A stretch of DNA of 32,000 nucleotides from Bifidobacterium longum subsp. longum JCM 1217 (lineage in GTDB: Bacteria > Actinomycetota > Actinomycetes > Actinomycetales > Bifidobacteriaceae), in assembly GCF_000196555.1 (NCBI RefSeq), contig NC_015067.1:180001-212000 (forward strand), in the 5' to 3' direction. Numbering within the stretch: position 1 is the first letter of the stretch; the number at the start of each line of letters is the position of its first letter. Of the stretch, positions 24,014 through 31,498 are shown piece by piece. Under the pieces are notes generated by a model. It made no database searches and had not been told where the DNA came from. It was given only the letters and a program-made list of their open reading frames with translations. The translations under genes and the position numbers were made by a program.

Positions 24014-25531
24014 ATGACCACCATCGAAGACTTCACCAGCCAGTACGGTCTGGTCCAGAAGATCGACGCATTCGGCTACATGAAGTACCTGGCCGAGAAC
24101 CCTGACGCCCCGCGCAAGCACGGCAAGGTGGTGCTCGTCACCGCCGATACGCCGCTCAAGGCATCGCGCGGAGAAGGCAAGACCACCACGACCATCGCCC
24201 TGATCGACGCTCTGAACAAGCGCGGCATTGATGCGACCGCCGTGCTGCGTCAGCCGAGCATGGGCATCACCGCAGCCGGTTCCAAGGGCGGTGCCTCCGG
24301 CGGCGGCAAGGCTTCCCTGACCCACCCCGAGCTCATCGACTGGGGTCTGTGCGGCGAAATGGGCGCCATCGAGGCGGCCCAGAACCTGCTCGTCTCCTTC
24401 GCCGAGAAGGCCATCGATGACGGCAAGCTCGACACGATTCTCGTGCCGCGTGTCTCCGAGGTTCCGAGTCGCTCCCTGCGCTCCACCGCTGTGGACTACG
24501 GCAAGGGCAACGTGCCGGAGAAGGTCGTGCTCACGCCGACCTGCGAGCTCATGCAGATTGTGGTGCTCTCCCGCTCGATGGACGAGATTTCCGAGCGCGT
24601 GTCCAAGATGATCGCCGGCACCAAGGACGGCAAGGCCGTGACCTTCGGCGAATTCGTGGACCTGTGGCGTATCACTGGCATTTTGGCCGACGCGGTCAAG
24701 CCGGCCAAGACCGAAACCGTGAACGGATCACCGGTCTACGTGCACGGTGGCCCGTTCGCCAACGTGTCCATCGGCATTCCGACGTTGGTCTCCGTGGAAA
24801 TGGCCTGCGCCCTGCATGACGTGGTCATCGTCGAGGCCGGCTACGGCACCGACGCCGGCGCCCAGAAGTGGCTGGACATCGCCTGCCGCGAATACGGCGC
24901 GCAGTGGCCGTCCGCCGCCATCGTGGTGACCCGTGCCTCCACCTGGCGCGACGATCCCGAGCTGGCCTGGCGCTACCCGTTCCACGTGCAGCGCCTGGAG
25001 AACCTGGACATTCCGACCTTCCCGCTCATCAACCTGTGGGAAGGCGAGGACGATCAGGTTCCGTCCCTGAAGGCCACCGCCGACGAGCTGGGCTTCCGCA
25101 CGCCGATCATCGGCAACCTGTTCCGCGACGGCGGCGAGGCGCTGGCCCCGCAGCTTGACGGTTTCGTCGACGCGTTGCAGAACGGCTCCATGCCGGCCGA
25201 ACCGTACTCGCACAAGGGCATGGCCCTGACCGAGAACGCCAAGTGGGTGGCCGAGAACGCCTACGGCGTACCGGCCGAGCGCGTGATTTACAAACCGGGC
25301 TTCACCGAGTCCGTGTCCGAGGCCATGGAACTGTGCCAGAGCGCAGGCATCTCGCTGGACGATCTGGCGTTCGTGGCGGTCAAGTCCCCGGCGACCATGA
25401 CCGACAACGACCGTGCCCCCGAAGAAGAGCGCACCGTGACCCTGAAGAAGGTCGAGGTGCATGCCGGTGCCGGTCTGGTCCACGTCAACCTGACCACCAG
25501 CCTCACCACCCCCATGCCCAAGATCGTGTGA
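24014..25531 (+). CDS. fhs: formate--tetrahydrofolate ligase (short 505-aa form)
   Basis: AGAAAGG lies before ATG 24014. The P-loop is SRGEGKTTTTIALIDAL, followed by GGPFANVSIG and the FTHFS core through the C-terminus. Confidence 0.93.
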   Translation: MTTIEDFTSQYGLVQKIDAFGYMKYLAENPDAPRKHGKVVLVTADTPLKASRGEGKTTTTIALIDALNKRGIDATAVLRQPSMGITAAGSKGGASGGGKASLTHPELIDWGLCGEMGAIEAAQNLLVSFAEKAIDDGKLDTILVPRVSEVPSRSLRSTAVDYGKGNVPEKVVLTPTCELMQIVVLSRSMDEISERVSKMIAGTKDGKAVTFGEFVDLWRITGILADAVKPAKTETVNGSPVYVHGGPFANVSIGIPTLVSVEMACALHDVVIVEAGYGTDAGAQKWLDIACREYGAQWPSAAIVVTRASTWRDDPELAWRYPFHVQRLENLDIPTFPLINLWEGEDDQVPSLKATADELGFRTPIIGNLFRDGGEALAPQLDGFVDALQNGSMPAEPYSHKGMALTENAKWVAENAYGVPAERVIYKPGFTESVSEAMELCQSAGISLDDLAFVAVKSPATMTDNDRAPEEERTVTLKKVEVHAGAGLVHVNLTTSLTTPMPKIV

Positions 25532-25550
25532 TGACAGGCACAAGGTGAGG

Positions 25551-25745
25551 TAACTCGCTTTCGAGGGGCGGATTTCCGGTTTTCCGGAGGTCTATCTGCG
25601 TTTCGAGGGGCTCTTCGATTGCGAAACCCGGAGTATGACCATTGAAATTGCAATGTTTATACTCCGGGTTTCTTGTTTTAAAAGCCCCTTGAAACGCTAG
25701 TAGAGCTTCTGAATGTTGGAAATCAGCCCCTTGAAACGTAGAAAG
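25551..25745. repeat. nested inverted-repeat element R2 (homologous to 19432-19642) with a central perfect 14-bp hairpin
   Basis: Forward units are taactcgctttcgaggggcggatttc (25551-25576) and gtctatctgcgtttcgaggggct (25590-25613). The centre is GAAACCCGGAGTAT (25623-25636) paired with ATACTCCGGGTTTC (25659-25672). Reverse units are aaaagccccttgaaacgctagtagag (25680-25705) and aaatcagccccttgaaacgtagaaag (25720-25745). The element starts 20 nt after the fhs stop. Confidence 0.85.
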
Positions 25746-25765
25746 CCCGCCGCCGGCGGGCTTTC
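25741..25765. terminator. GC hairpin abutting element R2 (possible terminator for fhs or the tautomerase-like gene)
   Basis: GAAAGCCCGCC-g.c-GGCGGGCTTTC. There is no clear U-tract on either strand, and the hairpin overlaps the last unit of R2 by 5 nt. Confidence 0.4.
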
Positions 25766-25773
25766 TACATCTG

Positions 25774-25822
25774 AGCTTCCCTCTTTGAGGGGAGCTGCCA
25801 GCGAAGCTGACTGAGGGGAGCC
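25774..25822 (+). repeat. G5/C5-clamped double-hairpin repeat, copy S3
   Basis: AGCTTCCCTC-tttg-AGGGGAGCT, then GCCAGC-gaa-GCTGAC, then TGAGGGGAGCC. It has the same three-part architecture as S1 and S2. Confidence 0.6.
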
Positions 25823-25834
25823 AGAATACGCAAA

Positions 25835-26182
25835 CTAGAAGTTGCTACCATTCCAGCCCCAGTCGGTGGTGGCGGTGTAACGGATGTAGGTGCGGTCCTC
25901 GGGAATGCCGAGCGTGGAGTTCAGCGCGGCCATAATGCTCTCGGTCAGCTTTTCCCAAGCAGAGCCCGGCACAGAGCGGCCGAACACGTTGACTTCCACA
26001 TAGGCGGCGGGCTGGTCATCGCTACCACCGAAGTAAATCGGCATATTGTCCTCGAACGGGCACATTAGCCAGCCCTCGGACTTGCCCGGCACGGCGGTAA
26101 TCGCCTTGCCATAGGCAGCCTTCAACGCCTCGCGCTGCTCAGGGGTGGTGGGCACGGACACATGAGTGTGAATAACGGGCAT
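25835..26182 (-). CDS. tautomerase-superfamily protein (MIF/4-OT-like, N-terminal Pro1)
   Basis: 115 aa, with a perfect AAGGAGG 5 nt before ATG 26182. The product starts MPVIHTHVSV, so Pro is exposed after Met removal. The size and beta-alpha-beta-like pattern fit MIF-type tautomerases. The assignment rests on size and N-terminus only. Confidence 0.6.
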   Translation of the reverse strand: MPVIHTHVSVPTTPEQREALKAAYGKAITAVPGKSEGWLMCPFEDNMPIYFGGSDDQPAAYVEVNVFGRSVPGSAWEKLTESIMAALNSTLGIPEDRTYIRYTATTDWGWNGSNF

Positions 26183-26359
26183 AATTCCTCCTTGATTCGG
26201 TTCGCTTCCAGTCTAGCCTCAGCGGTTGCTGTTGAACATGGCATGCGGATGTAGGAAGCTGCTTGCAGAACGGACCGGGGCAAGGCCAATTTGGGGAGAT
26301 TATTGGCCTTTCCAGCCAATATATGTTCCGCAGTCAGCCCAATAGTGTTGAATACCCTT

Positions 26360-26920
26360 GTGAGAAAACTGATTGAACAACTGATGAAGTTCGGCATTGT
26401 GGGCGTCATCGCCTTTGTTATCGACTGGGGTATTCTCAACCTATTGGTTGGCATATTCCACATGCACAACGTGCTGGCTGCCACCGTCTCTTTCATCATC
26501 TCGCTGATTTTCAACTATCTGGCGAGCATGAAATTCGTATTCAAGCATCGTGATGACATGGCGCGCTGGATGGAGATTCTTATCTTCGTGGCGGGCGCTG
26601 TAGTCGGTCTGTTCATGAATGACGCGATTATCTGGATTTCCACTTATGGCATGAACCATGATGCCTATGTATCGCAGCATGCCGAATATCTGTTGCGCAC
26701 CAATATCGGCAAGTTGGTGGCCACTGCCGTGGTAATGATCTGGAACTTCTTGATTCGCAAGTGGCTGCTCGACGATACGCACACCAATGCGATGAACCGT
26801 CTGAAGTCCGCTGAAAATCGACTGAATGCCGAGGAGCTTGAAGCCAAGTGGCAGAACAGCTTCTCCCACAAGCTCGGCATCTGGTCCCTGGAACACACGC
26901 CCAAAGGCTGGCCGAAGTAG
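26360..26920 (+). CDS. GtrA-family membrane protein
   Basis: The open frame starts at 26291. The start is uncertain: GTG 26360 (VRKLIEQLMKFGIVG...) or ATG 26384. The GtrA hallmark KFGIVGVIAFVIDWGILNLL is present, with four TM segments, the motif WNFLIRKWLL, and a ~50-aa hydrophilic C-terminal extension. Confidence 0.75.
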   Translation: MRKLIEQLMKFGIVGVIAFVIDWGILNLLVGIFHMHNVLAATVSFIISLIFNYLASMKFVFKHRDDMARWMEILIFVAGAVVGLFMNDAIIWISTYGMNHDAYVSQHAEYLLRTNIGKLVATAVVMIWNFLIRKWLLDDTHTNAMNRLKSAENRLNAEELEAKWQNSFSHKLGIWSLEHTPKGWPK

Positions 26921-26933
26921 CGTTTTGACGTAT

Positions 26934-26965
26934 AAGCCCCCTCGTCAGAGGGGGCTTAGCTTTTG
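26934..26965. terminator. bidirectional terminator between the GtrA-family gene and the MFS gene
   Basis: AAGCCCCCTC-gtca-GAGGGGGCTT, followed by agcttttg. Confidence 0.8.
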
Positions 26966-26967
26966 TC

Positions 26968-28413
26968 TCACACACTCACTTCAGTCAAGGTCGGCTGCTC
27001 GGTGGAGCCCTTGATCTGCTTGAAGCCAATCAGCGCAATCACCAGCGAGACCAGTGCCAAAGTGGTCACCACCATGAAGCCGCCATGCGAGCCCATGCGG
27101 TCGATGAACTGGCCGGCAATCGCCGAACCGGCGGAGGAGCCGATAGAATTCATCGCACCCATCCACGCCATGCCTTCGGTCAGGCGGGAAGGCGGCACCA
27201 AGTGCAGCATGAGCTGGTTGCCGTTAATCCACGTCGGAGCCTGGCACACGCCGATGATCAGGTAGATGATCATAATCACCCACAGATGCTTGGCGAACAG
27301 GAACGTGCTGATGCCGATGTTCACCACGGCCAGGCAGAAGTAGAAGCGCTTCCACAGGGCAATCGACCAGTTCTTCGCGCCGTACACCAAGGCGCCCATC
27401 AACGAGCTGATGGAGAAGCAGGCGAATACAAAGCCCGTGTACTGCTTCATATTCGACTCGGTGGCGAATGCGATGATCGAGATGCCTGTAGCCGACTGGA
27501 ACGCGCCCAAGCCGAACCAGGTGACGCATACCGCAATCAGACCCGGTCCCCAGATGGACGCCTTCTTGCCGGAACGCGCATCGGCGACCGCCTGCTCAAT
27601 GGCGGCGTTAATCGTGGCCTCATCGGTCACGCCTTCGCGCTCAAGACGGCGGCGAGTCTCCTCGGCTGCGGTCTCCACCTTCAACGCTTCGGCTCGAGCC
27701 GCCTCGCGCTCACGGTATTCCTTGCGGGAAATGCCCTCAGCGCGGGCCAGCTGAGTCTGTGACGGTGGCTCAGTGGTCAGCTCGGTCAAGAACATCAGCG
27801 CGCCCACCACCACGCACATGCCGGTGAACGAGAATGCCAGCAGACCGGAGATCACGGCCAGTGTGGAAGCCAGTGGATTGCCGATTACCCACATGCATTC
27901 GTCCAGCACGCCGCACAGGGAGAGCGCACGGTTGGTACGCTCCTGATCGCCCTTCAGGATTTTGGTCCAGCGCGCGCGGCTCATCGCGCCCCACGGCGGA
28001 ATAGCTGCCAGGAACGGCGTCAAACAGTACAGCACCCATTCCGGCGCACGATTGGTGATGGATGTGGTCAGCGCGACGGCGGCGACAATCCACACCAGAA
28101 TCGTTGGAATCGAAACCTGCCGCTGGCCGAACTTGTCGGTCAGCTTGCCGAGCAGCGGCGTGGCCACGGCCAGTGCAATCGCCTGAATGGCGGTGAGCAT
28201 ACCTGCCAGCGAGTAGTTGCCGTAGTAATGCTGCACGGAAATGGTGATGGTCATGCCCACCATCGGGAACGGCATGCAGGCAATCACCGAACCGATGGAA
28301 TAACGAGCGGTATGAGGTATGCGCAGCAACTCCGCATACCCACCAAAAACTTTGTGACCCACTTCCTTGATGCCAGCCATAATGGTGTTCGAGTTGGACA
28401 GGTTGTTGGACAT
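26968..28413 (-). CDS. MFS transporter
   Basis: 481 aa, with GGAAAGGAG upstream of ATG 28413. It has about 12 hydrophobic segments in a 6+6 arrangement, the loop 2-3 motif GKLTDKFGQRQV, and a long charged central loop. Confidence 0.85.
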   Translation of the reverse strand: MSNNLSNSNTIMAGIKEVGHKVFGGYAELLRIPHTARYSIGSVIACMPFPMVGMTITISVQHYYGNYSLAGMLTAIQAIALAVATPLLGKLTDKFGQRQVSIPTILVWIVAAVALTTSITNRAPEWVLYCLTPFLAAIPPWGAMSRARWTKILKGDQERTNRALSLCGVLDECMWVIGNPLASTLAVISGLLAFSFTGMCVVVGALMFLTELTTEPPSQTQLARAEGISRKEYREREAARAEALKVETAAEETRRRLEREGVTDEATINAAIEQAVADARSGKKASIWGPGLIAVCVTWFGLGAFQSATGISIIAFATESNMKQYTGFVFACFSISSLMGALVYGAKNWSIALWKRFYFCLAVVNIGISTFLFAKHLWVIMIIYLIIGVCQAPTWINGNQLMLHLVPPSRLTEGMAWMGAMNSIGSSAGSAIAGQFIDRMGSHGGFMVVTTLALVSLVIALIGFKQIKGSTEQPTLTEVSV

Positions 28414-28674
28414 AACAGCACTACGCTCCTTTCCGCTCCCGATTGGATGTTCCCCGCTGACGTGGCGTTGCCGGCGAAGCCCTCATCGAATGATGTGTTG
28501 TCCATGGTCGCGCAAAGTTTGCGTTGGATTTCCCTATTCGCATATTTGCGTCACGGATACTCTAATCGTTGGTTAGGGCGCGACACGCGGTAGATTGGAG
28601 ATATTAAGACAACGTTCTCATGTTCTTCGGCGAACATCGCAAGATGCCCGTAGGAATAAAAAGAAAGGCGGCTC

Positions 28675-29334
28675 ATGAGCGCAACCACCATCCACTTCGT
28701 TCGCCACGGCAAGGTCTACAACCCTGACCATCTGCTCTATGAGCGGCTGCCCGACTTCCATCTCTCCGATCTTGGCCGGCGTATGGCACAGGCCACCGCC
28801 GCCTATCTGGCCAATAGCCCTCAGACCAATACGATTTCCGCGGTGTATTCGTCTCCCCTGGACCGCACGCGCGAGACCGCCGACGCGATTCTTGACGCGT
28901 TGAATCCCGTGCGCGAGGCCCGAGGCGAAGCCCCGCTCATGCTCACCGCCGATGAGCGAGTGATTGAGGCCGGCAACGAGTTCCGCGGCAAGCGTATCGG
29001 CCATGGCGAAGGCGCGTTGTGGAAGAACGGCAATTGGAAACTGGTCACCAACCTGTACAAGCCGAGTTGGGGCGAATCCTATCAGCACATTGCGCAGCGC
29101 ATGGATGATTTCGCACGCGAGAAGGTCGCCCAACACCCCGGCGAACAGATTGTGGTGGTCAGCCACGAATCGCCGATTTTCAGTTATCGCCATTATCTGG
29201 AGACCGGCCACCCCGAGCACTGGATGTTCCTGCGGCACACGGCGCTCGCCTCCGTGACCTCGGTGACGTACGACAACGAAACCGGCCGTGTGATGTCAAT
29301 CACGTATGTCGACCCAGCAGCCAACGTCAAGTAA
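28675..29334 (+). CDS. histidine phosphatase family protein (phosphoglycerate mutase-like)
   Basis: 219 aa, with AGAAAGGCGG before ATG 28675. The RHG motif is IHFVRHGKVYNP, followed by SSPLDRTRETA and VVVSHESP (the second catalytic His). Confidence 0.85.
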   Translation: MSATTIHFVRHGKVYNPDHLLYERLPDFHLSDLGRRMAQATAAYLANSPQTNTISAVYSSPLDRTRETADAILDALNPVREARGEAPLMLTADERVIEAGNEFRGKRIGHGEGALWKNGNWKLVTNLYKPSWGESYQHIAQRMDDFAREKVAQHPGEQIVVVSHESPIFSYRHYLETGHPEHWMFLRHTALASVTSVTYDNETGRVMSITYVDPAANVK

Positions 29335-29367
29335 CGGCACACTGGTGAATAGCTGAGCTACAATCTG

Positions 29368-29387
29368 GGCTCCCCTCAGAGGGAGCC
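29368..29387 (+). terminator. small GC hairpin after the histidine phosphatase gene
   Basis: GGCTCCC-ctcaga-GGGAGCC. It has no U-tract and is of the same CCCCTC/GAGGG hairpin type seen after several genes here. Confidence 0.4.
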
Positions 29388-29431
29388 AATGGGACGCACT
29401 ACAATCAAGTGGTGAACGCAGAGGAGCATGA

Positions 29432-30385
29432 ATGACCATTGAACTCAATCGTGAGGCAATCGCACGGATCGCGGCATTGCCGGGGGTAGCTGAGGCCGCT
29501 GAAGCCGGCTCGGCGCTAATTAGCCTGTGGCCGCTGACCGAAGCCATGCAGATGGACAATGACGCCAAGTATGCGGAGAACCTGCAGGTGCGTGTCACGC
29601 ACGCGTTCGCACGCATTCTCACCGGTCAGGATGTTACGATGCCTGACGCCGAATTCGTCTACGAGGGGGCCGATGAGATTCCTGGCCGTCCGCAAAGCAT
29701 CGTAGACACGCTGCTTGCTGCCAATGACGCCTACGATACGATGGCCGGTTACTCGGAATCCGGCGATGTGCAGCTGATTTTCGATGCCGCCGAAGCTTTA
29801 GGTGTTGACTGGGATTCGCATGTCGAGGCCGCAGTCCGTGAGACGGTTGTCTCCGTGGAGGCTCAGGTTGAGGCCGATGCCGAGGCTGGCGGACGTTTGG
29901 CGGCTTCCGGCGAGCCGGCTGATGTGGCCGTCCGTTTCGCCACCGCGCTCGCCGTATGCGATGCGCTGCTGAACGTGGTGAGCGGGCATGCCGAGACGGT
30001 TGGCTTGGTTGGTCCGGCTGTTGCTGATGCCGCTGATGTTGCTGACGAGGCCCGGGCCACCGCCATCGTAACGTTGCCGATTCTGCTGTACGTCAACGAA
30101 TTACGTGAGCAGTGCTCGATTCCGCGCATCTGCCTGACCGACCAGCAGATTCTTGATCTGATTGATACGCGTGCCAATGCCGGTGACACCCTGACCGCCA
30201 CCGCCGAATACATTGCCCCGCTGGCCGGTGCCGAATGGACCAAGCACCGCGACGATGTGCTCTGGAACCCGGACGAAGCCAAGAAGAAGGCCAAGGAAGA
30301 AGACGAAAAGCGCAACAAGGAGGCCTTGGCCGCCAAGTTTGCGCACATTAAAGATGACCCTGGCAAAGAAACCGTGGAGTTGTGA
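29432..30385 (+). CDS. hypothetical acidic protein (317 aa), family not recognised
   Basis: GAGGAG lies 5 nt before ATG 29432. The frame is long and clean, with GC-rich third positions. The protein is very rich in Ala/Asp/Glu, has no TM segment or signal peptide, and ends in a Lys/Glu-rich tail (EAKKKAKEEDEKRNKEALAAKF). Confidence 0.7.
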   Translation: MTIELNREAIARIAALPGVAEAAEAGSALISLWPLTEAMQMDNDAKYAENLQVRVTHAFARILTGQDVTMPDAEFVYEGADEIPGRPQSIVDTLLAANDAYDTMAGYSESGDVQLIFDAAEALGVDWDSHVEAAVRETVVSVEAQVEADAEAGGRLAASGEPADVAVRFATALAVCDALLNVVSGHAETVGLVGPAVADAADVADEARATAIVTLPILLYVNELREQCSIPRICLTDQQILDLIDTRANAGDTLTATAEYIAPLAGAEWTKHRDDVLWNPDEAKKKAKEEDEKRNKEALAAKFAHIKDDPGKETVEL

Positions 30386-30505
30386 GAATCAAGGCAGCTT
30401 AGCCCGCCTGATCGGTTCTCTTACCCCTGCTCGCGATTCCTCCGTGCCAAGGAAATCGTCTATGTGGTGAAGAACATCGCTTACGCAACGGAAGAAGAAA
30501 CACTT

Positions 30506-31381
30506 ATGGGCAATGGCGTCAATCTGCGCACGCTCACCAATGACGGCGGTAGCGCGGTAATCAGCGATTACGGGGCGCATCTGCTGCGCTGGGCCCCGGC
30601 GGGGCAGCCGGATGTAATCTGGACGCCCCGCACATGGCATTTCGAAGCTGGTCAGCCGGTTGGCGGGGGAGTGCCGGTGTGCTTCCCCTGGTTCGGGCCG
30701 GGGTTTGTGCATGGCGGGCAGACTGCGAAGCGACCGATTCATGGGTTCGCACGATTGCGCCAGTGGGCGCTGGACGAAGGGGCGTTTACCGGTGCCCGTG
30801 TGCGGTATGTGCTGGATTCCGAACGACTGACGACTGGCGAAGTGCCATGGATCGAGGATGAACCCAACGTGCGTTTCCATGCCGCATACGAGGTGTGTGC
30901 CAGCGATACGCTGACGATGACGCTGACCGTTACCAACACGGGAGGTGAGCCGATGTCGTATGAGGCGGCGCTGCACTCGTATCTGCATGTCGGCGATGTG
31001 CTCGGCGCGCGGCTGGTCGGTTTGCGGGGTGCAACATATCTGGATGCCACGGAAGCCGGATTCCCGCCAAAACTACAAGAACAGCCATCGGTGATGTTCG
31101 GCGATCAGCCGGTGGACCGTGTGTATTATTCCGATGCTGCACTGGAATTGCAGGACCATGTGCTGGGTCGTGTGATTCGCATCGGCAAGACCGGCTCGCC
31201 GCAGACGGTGGTGTGGAATCCCGGAGAGCAGGGCGGCAACGCCATTGCCCATGCCAAGACGGGTGAATGGCGTGGCTTTGTGGCCGTGGAGGCAGCGGCG
31301 TGCCGAGACCGTATCGTTGCCCTTAGTCCGGGTGAATCGTATATGCTTTCGCAGTCCATTGCCGTGATGCCGTTGGGGTAG
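30506..31381 (+). CDS. D-hexose-6-phosphate mutarotase (aldose 1-epimerase family, YeaD-like)
   Basis: The open frame starts at GTG 30464, and ATG 30506 (MGNGVNLRTL) was chosen, with GGAAGAAG upstream. The hallmark motif is GGVPVCFPWFGP, followed by IHGFARL, ALHSYLHV, VVWNPG and FVAVEAA. Confidence 0.85.
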   Translation: MGNGVNLRTLTNDGGSAVISDYGAHLLRWAPAGQPDVIWTPRTWHFEAGQPVGGGVPVCFPWFGPGFVHGGQTAKRPIHGFARLRQWALDEGAFTGARVRYVLDSERLTTGEVPWIEDEPNVRFHAAYEVCASDTLTMTLTVTNTGGEPMSYEAALHSYLHVGDVLGARLVGLRGATYLDATEAGFPPKLQEQPSVMFGDQPVDRVYYSDAALELQDHVLGRVIRIGKTGSPQTVVWNPGEQGGNAIAHAKTGEWRGFVAVEAAACRDRIVALSPGESYMLSQSIAVMPLG

Positions 31382-31388
31382 TTGGCTG

Positions 31389-31415
31389 AATACAGTGCCG
31401 ATAATACAGTGCCGA
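31389..31415 (+). repeat. 14-bp tandem duplication
   Basis: AATACAGTGCCGAt (31389-31402) is followed immediately by AATACAGTGCCGA (31403-31415), just after the mutarotase stop. Confidence 0.8.
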
Positions 31416-31419
31416 GAAT

Positions 31420-31454
31420 GATGAAGCCCTACTCGCGTTGAGTAGGGCTTCATC
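31420..31454. terminator. bidirectional hairpin terminator between the convergent genes
   Basis: GATGAAGCCCTACTC-gcgtt-GAGTAGGGCTTCATC forms a 15-bp perfect stem. Confidence 0.75.
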
Positions 31455-31498
31455 ATTGGTTGCGGGGAACTTCTTCAACGGAAGTTCACCGATATCGG

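Noticed and set aside
5444-25543. Other long antisense or overlapping ORFs in the track: 5444-5995(-), 6194-7345(+), 8315-9673(-), 12255-13469(+), 16159-17484(-), 17530-18447(-), 20740-21390(-), 21557-22255(-), 22443-23867(-), 24728-25543(-), and the many 60-200-aa Arg/Pro/Ser-rich ORFs.
   Set aside because: Each overlaps a confidently identified gene on the other strand or in another frame. They show low-complexity Arg/Gly/His/Pro-rich translations and I recognise no motif in any of them. I treat them as stop-codon-poor artefacts of high GC content.
28511-28523. A perfect 6-1-6 palindrome, CGCAAAgTTTGCG, in the MFS/histidine-phosphatase divergent promoter region, with a further TTTGCG half-site at 28545-28550, as a candidate operator.
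   Set aside because: About 8 such 6-bp-arm palindromes are expected by chance per loop size in 32 kb (32000/4096), and no regulator gene is adjacent. It is worth a look only if a regulon motif search recovers the same site elsewhere.
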